A stretch of 64,000 nt of DNA, from positions 2,802,375-2,866,374 of the forward strand of contig CAWJLW010000006.1 of assembly GCA_963843795.1 (NCBI GenBank). Reading direction: 5' to 3'. Positions 27,680 through 37,926 of this stretch are shown here, piece by piece. The notes under the pieces are model-generated. The model was not told where the DNA came from, made no database searches, and worked only from the letters and a program-made list of their open reading frames with translations. This DNA is from an uncultured bacterium. Its GTDB lineage: Bacteria > Armatimonadota > Abditibacteriia > Abditibacteriales > Abditibacteriaceae. Position 1 is the first letter of the stretch. Each line of letters starts with the position of its first letter. Both the position numbers and the translations under genes were made by a program.

Positions 27680-30600
27680 TTATGAAAGCGAATTGCCACG
27701 CTGCCTATCATGTTGATGCGCTTCCTGATGAGTAGCAGCGCCGTTGGAATTGTTGCTCACGCGAGCACCGTTGAGAGATTTCCCCTTTCTAACGTTTTCA
27801 TCAATCGATTTCGCATTGGTCGCCGTTGTTCCATTGGCGGAAGTTCCGTTCTGAATCATGCCATTTTTGGTTTCACCGTTTTGGGGTTTTGCTACGGCAT
27901 CGCGTTTTTCGACGCGGCCCGCACGAAAACGCAGCGGCTGACGACGCGGCGCGATTGCGGGCGTCCCTTCTTCATTATGACCGTTTTGTCTCGGTGCGTT
28001 TTGCGAAGAGGTTGGCGAACTGCAAGTACCTGCTGGCGCTTTTTCGTTCACGGTTGTAGCCTTGCGTCGTTTGGAACGTGAACGCGCCGGGCGCGACTTG
28101 GCCTTATTAGCAGACGCATCCTTGCGATTCCCCTCTTCCATCGTTTCTTCAACAGCTTTGGGATAAGCGATGCGTTGATGGAGCACACCGCGTAAAACAT
28201 GAGCGAAAGTACTTTCAATAATTTGCAAATCGCGCAAGGTCAGGTCGCAATCCGATAGCTCGTCTTCGCGCAAACGCTGGGAAACCATACTGGCGATGTG
28301 TGCCTGCAAGCGTTCGGGCGTTGGGTCGGACAACACGCGCGACGAAGCCTCGACGGTATCGGCCAACATTACAATCGCGGCTTCCTTGCTTTGCGGGCGC
28401 GGCCCGGCATACCGGAACAAACGTTCATCTATCATTGGGCTTTCAAAGGTCTGAAGTTCTGGAGCGTTTTCTTCTTTCATTTCAGCTTTGTCTTGTTCCA
28501 CTTTAGCTTTGGCTTGTTCCAAGGCGCGGGCATAGAAAAACGCGTGCAGACTGGTGCCATGATGTTGGGAGATAATTTCGAGAACCGGACGCGGCAAACG
28601 CAGAGCGCGGCCCAGTTCCAAGCCATCTTTGACGTGCGCCATAATCACCAGTGCCGAAAGCTGGGGCGTGAGATGATCGTGGATATTATCGCCGTTCTGA
28701 TTTTCGATAAAACACTGCGGGCGATGCAATTTACCGATGTCGTGATAAATTCCTCCCACGCGACACAGCAATGGATCGGCATCGCCGATGGCTTTGGCGG
28801 CGGCTTCGCTGAGATTGGCGACCATCATCGAATGCGTGTAAGTTCCGGGCGCTTCACCCTGCATCCGCTGAATTACATTCTCGGCAGGCGATAACAATTC
28901 CAGCAAACGCAGATGCGTGGTGATGCCGAAAGGACGTTCCAAGAACATCGCCAAACCGGCCATCGCCAGAGTCGCGATAACGCCCGAAGCACCGCCCCAG
29001 ATTGCCATCGACAACACATCATCGAGCGAGATTTCGCGCATCAAGCCAACCATCGCCATCAGCGCTGAGGAACACAAAGCCAGTCCGGCACCGGCGCGCA
29101 CGAGTTGACCACGCGAACCCAAATTCGCCACGCCCAGAGTACCCATCCACGCCGTCAGGGCGCTGGCCAAAAACAATCCCACATCGGAATTCGCCATCAC
29201 TGCGCAAATTGCCGCGACCGAAAAACCGGTCAAAATGCCCACGCGCGCATTGAGCAAAACCGTGAGCAGCATCGCGGCAGTCGAGGCCAGCGGAATCGCA
29301 GCGCTATCGGCGTGCGGCACGCGCAGCACCAGACGAAACACCAACAGAAACAAAAGCGGAATTGCGGCTGTGAGCCACAGTTGCGTTGGGTCGTTGAACA
29401 AGCGCGCATCAAAGCGCGCGATAAAGCCCGCCGACAAAGCGACCAAAGCCAAACACAGCAGCGCACGCGACAGACTGGTGCGCCAGTTGAAGCGCGGCGC
29501 GACGATATCCAGATCTTGCATCTGCGCCCATTTTTCTTCGCTAATGGTTTCACCGGCACGCACGATGGGCGCGCTGGCCGGAATTTGCAGATAAACGTCG
29601 CGCACATCTTCGCGCGCTGCCTGACGCGCTTTATTTGTGGCAGCCTCATCGACCACCAGATTGGGACGCCGCGCCACATAACGGGCGGCCTCGATTGCTG
29701 CCGCGCGACCTTGCACCGAGAGCGGCAGCGTATCTTCCATACGCACGACAGCGCTTTCGATGCGATTACGCGCCGCTTTCAAGTCATCGGCCACATCCGA
29801 GCGCACCTGGCCTCGCACATAAACCGCATCGACGCCAGCGCGCGCCGCGCGCTCGACAATCGCCCAATCGTTAGTATTCAGACGTGCCAACGCTGTAACC
29901 AACTGCGGCGGCAATGTGCTTTCCCAACTCGTGCGCAAACGCGCTTCGATTTGCTGCTGGCGCGCTTGCAATTGGCGCTGACGTGCGGTTGGCGACAAAG
30001 CCTTCGCATTGGAAGTTGCACCATCAGCAGCATTGGCTGGCGTCGCGTTGCCCACTGGCGTTGTTGGAGGGGGAAGCGCTGCAGCCACGCGGCTGGTATT
30101 GATCAGCGCGCGCAATTGATTCACTGCGCGCGGCTGGGCCGAAGGGTCGGGGTCGTAAACCGGCGGCACCAGAGCCGCAGCGGCATCGCGGCGAGTGTCA
30201 GTTTCACTACGGTCGAGCAGCATGGCGGCATGAGGCGCGAGAATATCGCGCGGAGCGACCTGTCCGCTTTTAAGCGCATCACTTTGCCACGTCGGCAGCG
30301 AAGTGATCGCCCACAACACGAACACGCTCAGCACGAAAAGCAGCAAATGGTGCTTGCCCATCACGCCCGCCAAGCGGGCTGCCAATGGTTCGCGCATCGG
30401 CAAAAGCGGCGCGGAATCGAGAATTGGATGACCAAATTCCAGCTTTGCCAACTCGCCCTGCAACGCCACGGCCTGCCCGTGTTCCTGCTGAGTCTGCGCG
30501 ACTTTTTCGCTGACAACTTTTTCGCTGAGGTTTTTCTCGCTGACGATTTTTTCGTTCGATTCAGCACTGGGCGCGGTAGCAATTTCGACTAACGCGCCCA

Positions 30601-30718
30601 GCCGATTGACCATGCCAACATCGTTGGGCATTCCACGAGCGACGCGCTCTGTGGAACGCTCGTCGCGCGGCACGGAAGGCTCAGCGGGAGAAGTAGGATC
30701 AGTGGGATCGAAAGACAT
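27680..30718 (-). CDS. 7TM-HD phosphohydrolase (PgpH-like, putative cyclic di-AMP phosphodiesterase)
   Basis: Extracytoplasmic domain plus 7TM; APGTYTHS, YHDIGK, FIENQ, HVKDG, QHHGT, MLADTVEA; lies between phoH and ybeY. Confidence 0.88.
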   Translation of the reverse strand: MSFDPTDPTSPAEPSVPRDERSTERVARGMPNDVGMVNRLGALVEIATAPSAESNEKIVSEKNLSEKVVSEKVAQTQQEHGQAVALQGELAKLEFGHPILDSAPLLPMREPLAARLAGVMGKHHLLLFVLSVFVLWAITSLPTWQSDALKSGQVAPRDILAPHAAMLLDRSETDTRRDAAAALVPPVYDPDPSAQPRAVNQLRALINTSRVAAALPPPTTPVGNATPANAADGATSNAKALSPTARQRQLQARQQQIEARLRTSWESTLPPQLVTALARLNTNDWAIVERAARAGVDAVYVRGQVRSDVADDLKAARNRIESAVVRMEDTLPLSVQGRAAAIEAARYVARRPNLVVDEAATNKARQAAREDVRDVYLQIPASAPIVRAGETISEEKWAQMQDLDIVAPRFNWRTSLSRALLCLALVALSAGFIARFDARLFNDPTQLWLTAAIPLLFLLVFRLVLRVPHADSAAIPLASTAAMLLTVLLNARVGILTGFSVAAICAVMANSDVGLFLASALTAWMGTLGVANLGSRGQLVRAGAGLALCSSALMAMVGLMREISLDDVLSMAIWGGASGVIATLAMAGLAMFLERPFGITTHLRLLELLSPAENVIQRMQGEAPGTYTHSMMVANLSEAAAKAIGDADPLLCRVGGIYHDIGKLHRPQCFIENQNGDNIHDHLTPQLSALVIMAHVKDGLELGRALRLPRPVLEIISQHHGTSLHAFFYARALEQAKAKVEQDKAEMKEENAPELQTFESPMIDERLFRYAGPRPQSKEAAIVMLADTVEASSRVLSDPTPERLQAHIASMVSQRLREDELSDCDLTLRDLQIIESTFAHVLRGVLHQRIAYPKAVEETMEEGNRKDASANKAKSRPARSRSKRRKATTVNEKAPAGTCSSPTSSQNAPRQNGHNEEGTPAIAPRRQPLRFRAGRVEKRDAVAKPQNGETKNGMIQNGTSANGTTATNAKSIDENVRKGKSLNGARVSNNSNGAATHQEAHQHDRQRGNSLS

Positions 30719-30949
30719 GAGGAGCGGCGGCTTCGGCGCTTAGCAGGCGCGCCAATAGCGAATATTTCGAAGGACGATTAATGTTTGTTTCTATTCGTTA
30801 CGCAGCGAGCACTTACTGCGCGATTTGACCGGGTGAATTGTTTGCAAAATGACCAGCGATTAAGCGTGCCCTGACCTGCAAGTACTTGCAGGCCAGTTTA
30901 ACGACGCTTGACCCGCTTGGCAGGCGGCTTCACAATTCTTTGCGTTGGT

Positions 30950-32038
30950 TCAATTGCGGCGCGGACTTTCCACCGCGCGAAATTCGTTGCTATCTTCGGC
31001 TTCATACGCTTCAATAATGCGCTGCACCAGTGAGTGACGCACTACGTCTTCTTTGCCCAGATGAACGAACTCCAATCCCTTCACGCCCGGCAACAAACGT
31101 TCGGCCACGCGCAAACCCGATTCCTGACCGGGCGGCAAATCGGTCTGCGTCACGTCGCCAGTCACCACCATCTTCGAACCGAAACCCAAACGCGTCAAAA
31201 ACATTTTCATCTGCGCTGGTGTCGTGTTCTGCGCTTCGTCCAGAATCACGAACGCTTCGTTGAGGGTGCGACCGCGCATATACGCCAGAGGCGCGATTTC
31301 GATGATGCGACGTTCGAACATTTTCTGCGCTTTTTCGGTATCGAACATATCGTAAAGCGCATCATACAAAGGCCGCAAATACGGATCGACTTTGGCTTCT
31401 AAATCACCCGGCAAAAAGCCCAATCGTTCGCCCGCTTCAACGGCTGGACGCGTAAGAATGATACGCGCGACTTTTTTCGATTTAAGGGCTTCTGCCGCCG
31501 CCGCAACCGCGAGATAAGTTTTGCCCGTGCCCGCCGGCCCGATTACAAACGCCAGATCGTTGCGTCTCAAAGCATCGACGTAATTCTTCTGACCTGCGGT
31601 GCGCGGCCCAATGGGTTTGCCGCGCTCGGTCGTGACCAGCGTATCGCCAAAAAGTGCGCGCGCGTTGATGGTTTTTTCACCGCTTCTGCCATCACTTTTG
31701 CTGCTATCGCTGGCGCTGCCGTTAGCATTCGCGCCCGCTTTGGCTTGTTGCACGAAGTAGGACACATCTTGTGCTTGCAAGTCGCGCCCGCCGCGCAAGC
31801 TGCTCAAAGCCGCGTCCATCAATTGTTGGAGCAGCGCTTTGACAATCGCGACATCTCCAGCGCTGCCGCCGACGACAAGTTCATCACCGCGCACGCCGAC
31901 GCGCACCGGCCATTCGCGCTCGATCAGTCGGCGCGTAGAATCTTGATGACCCAGCAAAATGCGAAGCGCTTCAGCATCGGCAACGGCGATGGTCGCTTCG
32001 AGATTGGACGTTGAATTTTGAATGGAATTTGCGTTCAT
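30950..32038 (-). CDS. phoH: PhoH-family ATPase (PhoH/YbeZ)
   Basis: GPAGTGKT, RPAVEAGERLGFLPG, AYMRGRTL, DEAQN, GDVTQ; start re-assigned to 32038. Confidence 0.96.
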   Translation of the reverse strand: MNANSIQNSTSNLEATIAVADAEALRILLGHQDSTRRLIEREWPVRVGVRGDELVVGGSAGDVAIVKALLQQLMDAALSSLRGGRDLQAQDVSYFVQQAKAGANANGSASDSSKSDGRSGEKTINARALFGDTLVTTERGKPIGPRTAGQKNYVDALRRNDLAFVIGPAGTGKTYLAVAAAAEALKSKKVARIILTRPAVEAGERLGFLPGDLEAKVDPYLRPLYDALYDMFDTEKAQKMFERRIIEIAPLAYMRGRTLNEAFVILDEAQNTTPAQMKMFLTRLGFGSKMVVTGDVTQTDLPPGQESGLRVAERLLPGVKGLEFVHLGKEDVVRHSLVQRIIEAYEAEDSNEFRAVESPRRN

Positions 32039-32148
32039 ATAATCAAAGAAAATGGCCTGCAAGTACTTGCAGGCCATTTTAACACGACTGTCGACTGTTT
32101 CGGTTTGCCAAAATTACGCTGCAAGTACTTGCAAGACGCTTTTCAGGT

Positions 32149-35100
32149 TTAAAAACGTAGGGTCGCACCCGCTGTAATATCGTTGGAGCGGAAGTTCGAC
32201 GAGCGCACCAGTCCGCCGTTGAGGAATAATTCCAGCAAATCGCTGGCATCGTAGTTATAGTAGCCAAACAAGGTGTCGGCGGTGCGGTTTTCGCCGTTGG
32301 CTCCCACGCTATTGGTCAGCGGATGCTGGCCGAAAATGCCATAGCGCGCACGTCCGGTCGCAACTACATAATCGGCCAAGACCGAAAGCGCACCGTAGCT
32401 TTGGGGCGTGTAATAAAGCGGCGAGAAAAACTTCGTATTGTCACGCACATAGCCTAAACCAACGCGCAAAGTCGGCGCGTTTTGCTGCAAGCGATAATAA
32501 AGGCTCGCGCCCGCTGTAGTGCGCGTGTTGGAATCGGAGTATTTGTAACGAGCTAAACGAGCTTCCAAATCGAATTGGCGTGCAATCGGCAAGTCGATTC
32601 CAGCACGATATTGCTGCGCTGTGATGCCTGCCAGAACCGCTCCTGCCGATTCAAAAACATCCAATTTCGACGCGCCCACAAAATAGCGCTGACGAGAGTT
32701 CACGGTGCGACCCAGATTGAGATCATACAAATTCTTGTCCGGCGCACCATCGTAATTTAAGCGCGTCAAAACCAAACGCGCAGCCACTGGCCCGATTTGT
32801 TTAGCGAGCAACACATTGAACGCTTGACGGCGCAGGCTTACGTTGTCGTCTTTAAAACGACCTGTTTCAGCACTGAAGCCAAACGTGCCGCTGCGCGTAA
32901 CGAAAGTCGGCCCAGCACTAATGCCAGTTACACGCACGCCGTTGCTATCGCTGTAACGCCGACCGGCGACTGTCAGCAAGCTCAAAGTTTCGCGGTTGGC
33001 CAAACGTAAGCCTTCGCGCGCGTTGTCATTGGCCGGGTCCAAGCGCAGCACGCGATTGTAGGTGTCGCGCGAATCGAAAAACCCACCCGAAAAACGCTGG
33101 GTTTCGGCCAAGGCATACAACGCCTCGACATCTTGCGGCGAACTTGCCAGCACCTGATTTAGCTCGGCGCGCGATTCTTTGTAGCGGCCTTCGTAAGACA
33201 AAACGCGTCCCAGACCGGTGCGCGCTCGCGCATTGTTGGGCTGGGCTTCCAGCACGGCGCGATAAATGTCGATGGCTTCGCCGCGGCCTTTATCGCGACC
33301 CGAATTGGTGAGGATTTCGGCCAATGCCAGACGCGCTTCGACGTTGTCCGGCTCGGCACGCACAATCGGACGCAGGGCATTAATCGCCTCGTCGGTGCGA
33401 CGCGCATAACCCAGAGTGCGCGCACGCGCCACGCCATAAGCCGAATTTTCCGGCGCGCTCGCGACCAAAGCGTCATACGTCTCAATCGCTTCGGGATAAC
33501 GACGGCCATAAACCAGCGCTTCGGCCAAACCCTGTCGTGCGCGCACATTGCCCGCATCACTCTTTAAAATAGTGTTGTAAATCGCGATAGATTCATCGAT
33601 GCGACGCGCGCGCGCCAACACGCTGGCGCGGCCAATTTGCGCATTGACGTTTTGCGGCGCAGCGGCCACAACTGCATCCAGTTCGTTCAAGGCTTCGGGA
33701 TAACGACCGGCATATGAGAGGGCTAAGCCCAACTCAGTGCGTCCCTTGATGTTCTGCGGGTCGCGCGCCAGAGCCGCACGATAATTAGCGATAGATTCGT
33801 CGTATTGACCGGCGTAGCTTTGCACTTCGGCCAGTCCGAATTGCGCCGTCAGGCTCTGGGGTGCGATTTCCAGTGCGCGCTTCAAATCGGCCAGACCTTC
33901 CTGATACTGACCGCGCTGTCCACGCAAAATTCCGCGCTCGGTCAGAGCCTCGGCATTGCGCGTATCGCCCACCAAAATCGTGTTCAACTCGGTGAGGGAA
34001 TCGTCGTAATTTTCGCTGTAACGCAGTACACGTGCGAGTTCTAAGCGCGATTTGGAATCGTCTGGTGTCTTTTCCAGCGCGCTACGATACAACGCAACCG
34101 ACTCGCGGTAGTTGCCGCGTCGGGAAAGAATATCGGCAAGTTCCACGGTGGCCTGCGAGTTGTCGGCCTCTTGTGCCAGAACGCGGCGATAAGCGGTTTC
34201 GGCGTCAGCGAGCGCATCGGAGTAATTGAAAACGCGCGCGCGACCCAGAAGCGCATCGGTGTCTTGCGGATCGGCTTGTAACAACGCATCATAAGCCGCC
34301 GTGGCTTCGGGATAACGGCGCGCGGCCAACAGAATTTCGGCCTGAGCGCGCTGCAAAACTGCTTCGCCCGGATAACGTTGCTGAGCCACTGCGAGCAGTT
34401 GCAGCGCTGCATCATAATTATCGACCGAGGCAAAAGCACTGGACACAATCTGATAATCTTCGACCGAAGGCTTGCCATTATCCAAGTCGGTGGCCAGCGC
34501 GTTCAAAGCAGTTTGCGAGTCGTCTTTGCGTCCGACATCGCTCAATAATTGTGCCTTGAGAATGCGCGCCGAAAGGTTTTCGGGCGCGATGCCCAGCACA
34601 CGGTCGGTTTCTTCCAAGGCGAGCACAAATTTCTGCTGTCCGCGCAGTGCTTGCGCCAATCCCAAACGCGCGCCGACTGAAGTCGAATCCAAAGCTAAAG
34701 CGCTTTGAAAATAGTCTACTGCCTCGTCAAAACGGCCCTGACGACGACGAATCTCGCCCAAACCCCGCAGGGCAAGTACTTGCTGGTCGTCGGTTCCACT
34801 TTCGACATTCAACGCTTGGGGCACAAGCGAGGAATCGCCATTTGCTGGCGGAACGGTCGCTTGCGCCAAACGCAGCGCGGTGTGCTGCAACTGCGGTGCA
34901 AGTACTTGCGGCGAGCTTTGCAACACGTTGTCGCGTCGCGCGTTGGGGCGAAACGGCGCGCCCAATGTAGCGGCCAGATTGGCGTTGGCTTTGAAAGCGA
35001 CTTTGCCGCCGACCAGAGGCGGCAAGATCGCGCGGCGCGCGGCCACGACTTGCTTGAATAAGGCTTCGGCATCGCTCAAACGGTTGCGGTCAAGATAAAC

Positions 35101-37764
35101 CTGCGCCAGCTCCAATTTGAGCTGATTATCCCCGGGCGACAGCGTCAGCAAATTCTGATATTCGCCAATGGCTTCATCGACTTGACGTGCGTAATACAGA
35201 TTGCGCGCCAAACCCAGCCGCGCTTCCAAATTGTCGGGTTTGACCTTGAGTGCAGCGCGATACAGCTCGACCGCTTCAGCATATTTCTTGCGCAGCGACA
35301 ACAGTTCTCCACTGCCGGCCAACGCCTGTGCGTTGTTTGGATCGGTTTTAAGTACTGCGGCCAATTCGCTTTCTGCGCTGTTGAGCGCATCGTTCGTTCC
35401 CTGACGACTCAGAATTTTAGCCAGCAACACGCGGGCCGGAACGCTTTGAGGCGTGCGCTCCAATACATAATTCAACTGTTCCTGTGCCGCAGGTAATTTC
35501 TGCTGCCACGTCAACACTTCGGCCAGATGAACGCGCGCGTTGAGATCGTTAGGATTGTTTGCGATGAACTGCTCGTATAATGTCGTGGCGGCCACAAAAT
35601 CGCCGCTATCACGCACCGCGTCGATAACTTGCAACGCTTGCGCAGGATCGGCGGGTAAATTACGAGCCAGACTTTCCACGATGCGGCGTGCAGCGGGCGC
35701 ATTGCCCGCATCCAACAGCGCGCTCGCCAGTTGCAGCGCATCAGCGGGTGTTTCAGGCACGCTGTTTTCTAGAGGGCGCGCAAGGGCAATCGCGCGCTCT
35801 TTATTACCCAAACGATTTTCAACGACAACTTGCAAAATGCGAGCGCGCTGATTGCCCGGTTCGCGTTGCAACGCTTTTTCAATTACGTCGCGCGCCGCGC
35901 CAATTTCGCCCTGCCCAATCAACAACTGCGCGTAATTTACGCTCAACTCACCACTTTGCGGAGCCAGCTCAATCGCGCGTTCGAACGCCGCGCGCGCTTC
36001 GTTCAAATTCCCGTCCTGATCTTCCAAATAACCGATTTGCGCCAGAGTTTGAGCTTGATCGACTGGCGACTTTTGACGCGCCAGCAAAGCGCGATACGTT
36101 TCCAGAGCGGCCTGATTATTGGCGCCCGGAGAGCCATTACGTCCGGCTTGCGCGATGGCCAGCAAACGCAAGGCTTCATCGCTAGCGGGCTGATTGCGCA
36201 CGGCGCGCTGCAATTCCGACAGCGCTTGCTCGTAGCGGCGCGCGAACACCAGTGCGCGTCCCAAGCCCAAACGCGCCGGAACGCTGTTGCCGTCGATGGC
36301 CAGTGCCGCCTGATAAGCGGGCACGGCTTCCGAAGGTTGCTGCACATAAGTCAGCACATCGCCCAATCCAATTTGCGCTTCCAGATTCTTGGGATCAAGC
36401 GCAAGTACTTGCCGATACGCGGTTGCGGCCTCGTCGTATTCGCCGTTCCACGCCAGCAAATTGGCCAGCGCCAGTCGCGCGCGTATGCTGTTGGGCGCCA
36501 GTTGCAAAGCGCGTGTGAGAGCGCCACGCGCGGTTTCGCCTTCGCCCTGATACGTCAAGGCTTCGCCCCATTCCGTCCACACTTCACCGTTGTTGGGCTG
36601 CGCTGTGAGCGCGCGTCGATAATAAGGCGCAGCTTCAGCTTCGCGCTTGCCCCATGTCAGCAGCTGCGCCAGACGATAGTTGGCCGTGAAGTCGCGAGGA
36701 TTGGCAGCGACCAGAGAGCGAAAAGTTTTTTCTGCACCCGCAAAATCGCTGCGAATAATTTGCACTTCGCCCAGATTGCGCAACGCGGCGCTATCTTTGG
36801 GCTGTGCGGATAAAACTTTTTGATAAGCGGTGGCGGCTTCAGCGTAACGATTCATCGAAAACAACGAATCAGCCACACCTTTTTGCGCACGCACATCTTT
36901 AGGGTTGTAATTCAGAGCGCGCTGATAATAAGTCAATGCCGCGCCGGAATTATTTTCATCCAGCGCCTTACCGGCTTCGATAATTTGAATTTCGCCCAGA
37001 TTGCGTAGCGCCTTGACATCTTTGGGCTGCGCCAGCAGAATACGACGATAAGCGGTTTCGGCTTCGGCGTAGCGCTTCAAAATCAACAGAGCATCGGCCA
37101 AACCACTTTGCGCATAGGGATTATTGGGATCAATCGCCAAAGCGCTTTTATAAAAAGTGAGTGCCGCAGTGGCGTTGCCCGCCTCAAGCGCCTTGCCCGC
37201 TTTCTCAACCCAAGGCCACGCTTTGGCCTGTTGCGTTTTGGAAACTGTGGGCGCGCGCTTAATAATTGGAAGCGCGCGCGCTGGAGCGCCAGTTGCGACT
37301 TTAACCGGCGTTTGGGGCGCACTGGGCGGCGCACTAACAGCTTTGGCAGCGCGAGCGTTGGCGGCGTTGGCGGCCAGCGCCTGGCCGGCGCTGGCTTGTA
37401 CTCGCAGTGTTACCGCTTTTTCTCCCAGCTCGCTGATGGGCGCAGCCGCTTTAACGACAACAGGCGCTTTTCCGGCCACTGCTTCCACACCAGAATTCGA
37501 CTCGACAGTCGTGTCGGTGGCCGCAGCAAATTTGGGTGCATTTTGGGCGGCTATGTTTTCCTGAGCGCGCGCGATTTCGGGCTGCGCGACCAGCGCAAGC
37601 GGCATAGCAAACGCAGCCACAACAGCAGCGCGCAACAAGGCGGCGCGCGCGCCGTGACTGCCAACTCCCTTGCTATCGAAACGCTCTTGGCGCTCGATCA
37701 GCAAGCGCGGCGCGCCAGGACGAAATTTGTGATAACGAGACGAGGGAATGCTCATAACTTCCAT
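32149..37764 (-). CDS. Very large TPR-repeat protein with C-terminal outer-membrane beta-barrel-like domain (BcsC/PgaA-like)
   Basis: Signal-like region ending ARA-Q; dozens of TPR units; last ~280 aa amphipathic beta strands with YSDSN.R and YYTPQSY, terminal Phe; exact start uncertain (37764 or 37755). Confidence 0.8.
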   Translation of the reverse strand: MEVMSIPSSRYHKFRPGAPRLLIERQERFDSKGVGSHGARAALLRAAVVAAFAMPLALVAQPEIARAQENIAAQNAPKFAAATDTTVESNSGVEAVAGKAPVVVKAAAPISELGEKAVTLRVQASAGQALAANAANARAAKAVSAPPSAPQTPVKVATGAPARALPIIKRAPTVSKTQQAKAWPWVEKAGKALEAGNATAALTFYKSALAIDPNNPYAQSGLADALLILKRYAEAETAYRRILLAQPKDVKALRNLGEIQIIEAGKALDENNSGAALTYYQRALNYNPKDVRAQKGVADSLFSMNRYAEAATAYQKVLSAQPKDSAALRNLGEVQIIRSDFAGAEKTFRSLVAANPRDFTANYRLAQLLTWGKREAEAAPYYRRALTAQPNNGEVWTEWGEALTYQGEGETARGALTRALQLAPNSIRARLALANLLAWNGEYDEAATAYRQVLALDPKNLEAQIGLGDVLTYVQQPSEAVPAYQAALAIDGNSVPARLGLGRALVFARRYEQALSELQRAVRNQPASDEALRLLAIAQAGRNGSPGANNQAALETYRALLARQKSPVDQAQTLAQIGYLEDQDGNLNEARAAFERAIELAPQSGELSVNYAQLLIGQGEIGAARDVIEKALQREPGNQRARILQVVVENRLGNKERAIALARPLENSVPETPADALQLASALLDAGNAPAARRIVESLARNLPADPAQALQVIDAVRDSGDFVAATTLYEQFIANNPNDLNARVHLAEVLTWQQKLPAAQEQLNYVLERTPQSVPARVLLAKILSRQGTNDALNSAESELAAVLKTDPNNAQALAGSGELLSLRKKYAEAVELYRAALKVKPDNLEARLGLARNLYYARQVDEAIGEYQNLLTLSPGDNQLKLELAQVYLDRNRLSDAEALFKQVVAARRAILPPLVGGKVAFKANANLAATLGAPFRPNARRDNVLQSSPQVLAPQLQHTALRLAQATVPPANGDSSLVPQALNVESGTDDQQVLALRGLGEIRRRQGRFDEAVDYFQSALALDSTSVGARLGLAQALRGQQKFVLALEETDRVLGIAPENLSARILKAQLLSDVGRKDDSQTALNALATDLDNGKPSVEDYQIVSSAFASVDNYDAALQLLAVAQQRYPGEAVLQRAQAEILLAARRYPEATAAYDALLQADPQDTDALLGRARVFNYSDALADAETAYRRVLAQEADNSQATVELADILSRRGNYRESVALYRSALEKTPDDSKSRLELARVLRYSENYDDSLTELNTILVGDTRNAEALTERGILRGQRGQYQEGLADLKRALEIAPQSLTAQFGLAEVQSYAGQYDESIANYRAALARDPQNIKGRTELGLALSYAGRYPEALNELDAVVAAAPQNVNAQIGRASVLARARRIDESIAIYNTILKSDAGNVRARQGLAEALVYGRRYPEAIETYDALVASAPENSAYGVARARTLGYARRTDEAINALRPIVRAEPDNVEARLALAEILTNSGRDKGRGEAIDIYRAVLEAQPNNARARTGLGRVLSYEGRYKESRAELNQVLASSPQDVEALYALAETQRFSGGFFDSRDTYNRVLRLDPANDNAREGLRLANRETLSLLTVAGRRYSDSNGVRVTGISAGPTFVTRSGTFGFSAETGRFKDDNVSLRRQAFNVLLAKQIGPVAARLVLTRLNYDGAPDKNLYDLNLGRTVNSRQRYFVGASKLDVFESAGAVLAGITAQQYRAGIDLPIARQFDLEARLARYKYSDSNTRTTAGASLYYRLQQNAPTLRVGLGYVRDNTKFFSPLYYTPQSYGALSVLADYVVATGRARYGIFGQHPLTNSVGANGENRTADTLFGYYNYDASDLLELFLNGGLVRSSNFRSNDITAGATLRF

Positions 37765-37926
37765 TAAATTTGATTTGCCAGACCAGAAGCGCTTTGGTTC
37801 GCGCCCGCAGTCAAATTTCTGCGTTCAACTTTGAATTTGAAATTTTGCGCCCTAAATGCGCTATTTCTACGGGCAAGTACCTGCCATTTTTTTGCGTAGA
37901 TTTGCTTTTTTTGACCCAAATACATC

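Noticed and set aside
29105..30592. Long plus-strand ORF of 495 aa (similarly 35830-36813, 41469-42656, 45189-46154)
   Set aside because: Antisense shadows of well-supported minus-strand genes, with no recognisable motifs.
32039..32077. N-terminal extensions containing CKYL/QVLA in ORF-track calls (phoH and ORFs starting at 39312, 50189, 50856, 18718, 47736, 26961, 55969, 57730)
   Set aside because: Artefacts of choosing upstream ATG/TTG/GTG codons in or beyond the intergenic palindrome; downstream ATGs fit the RBS and family N-termini better.
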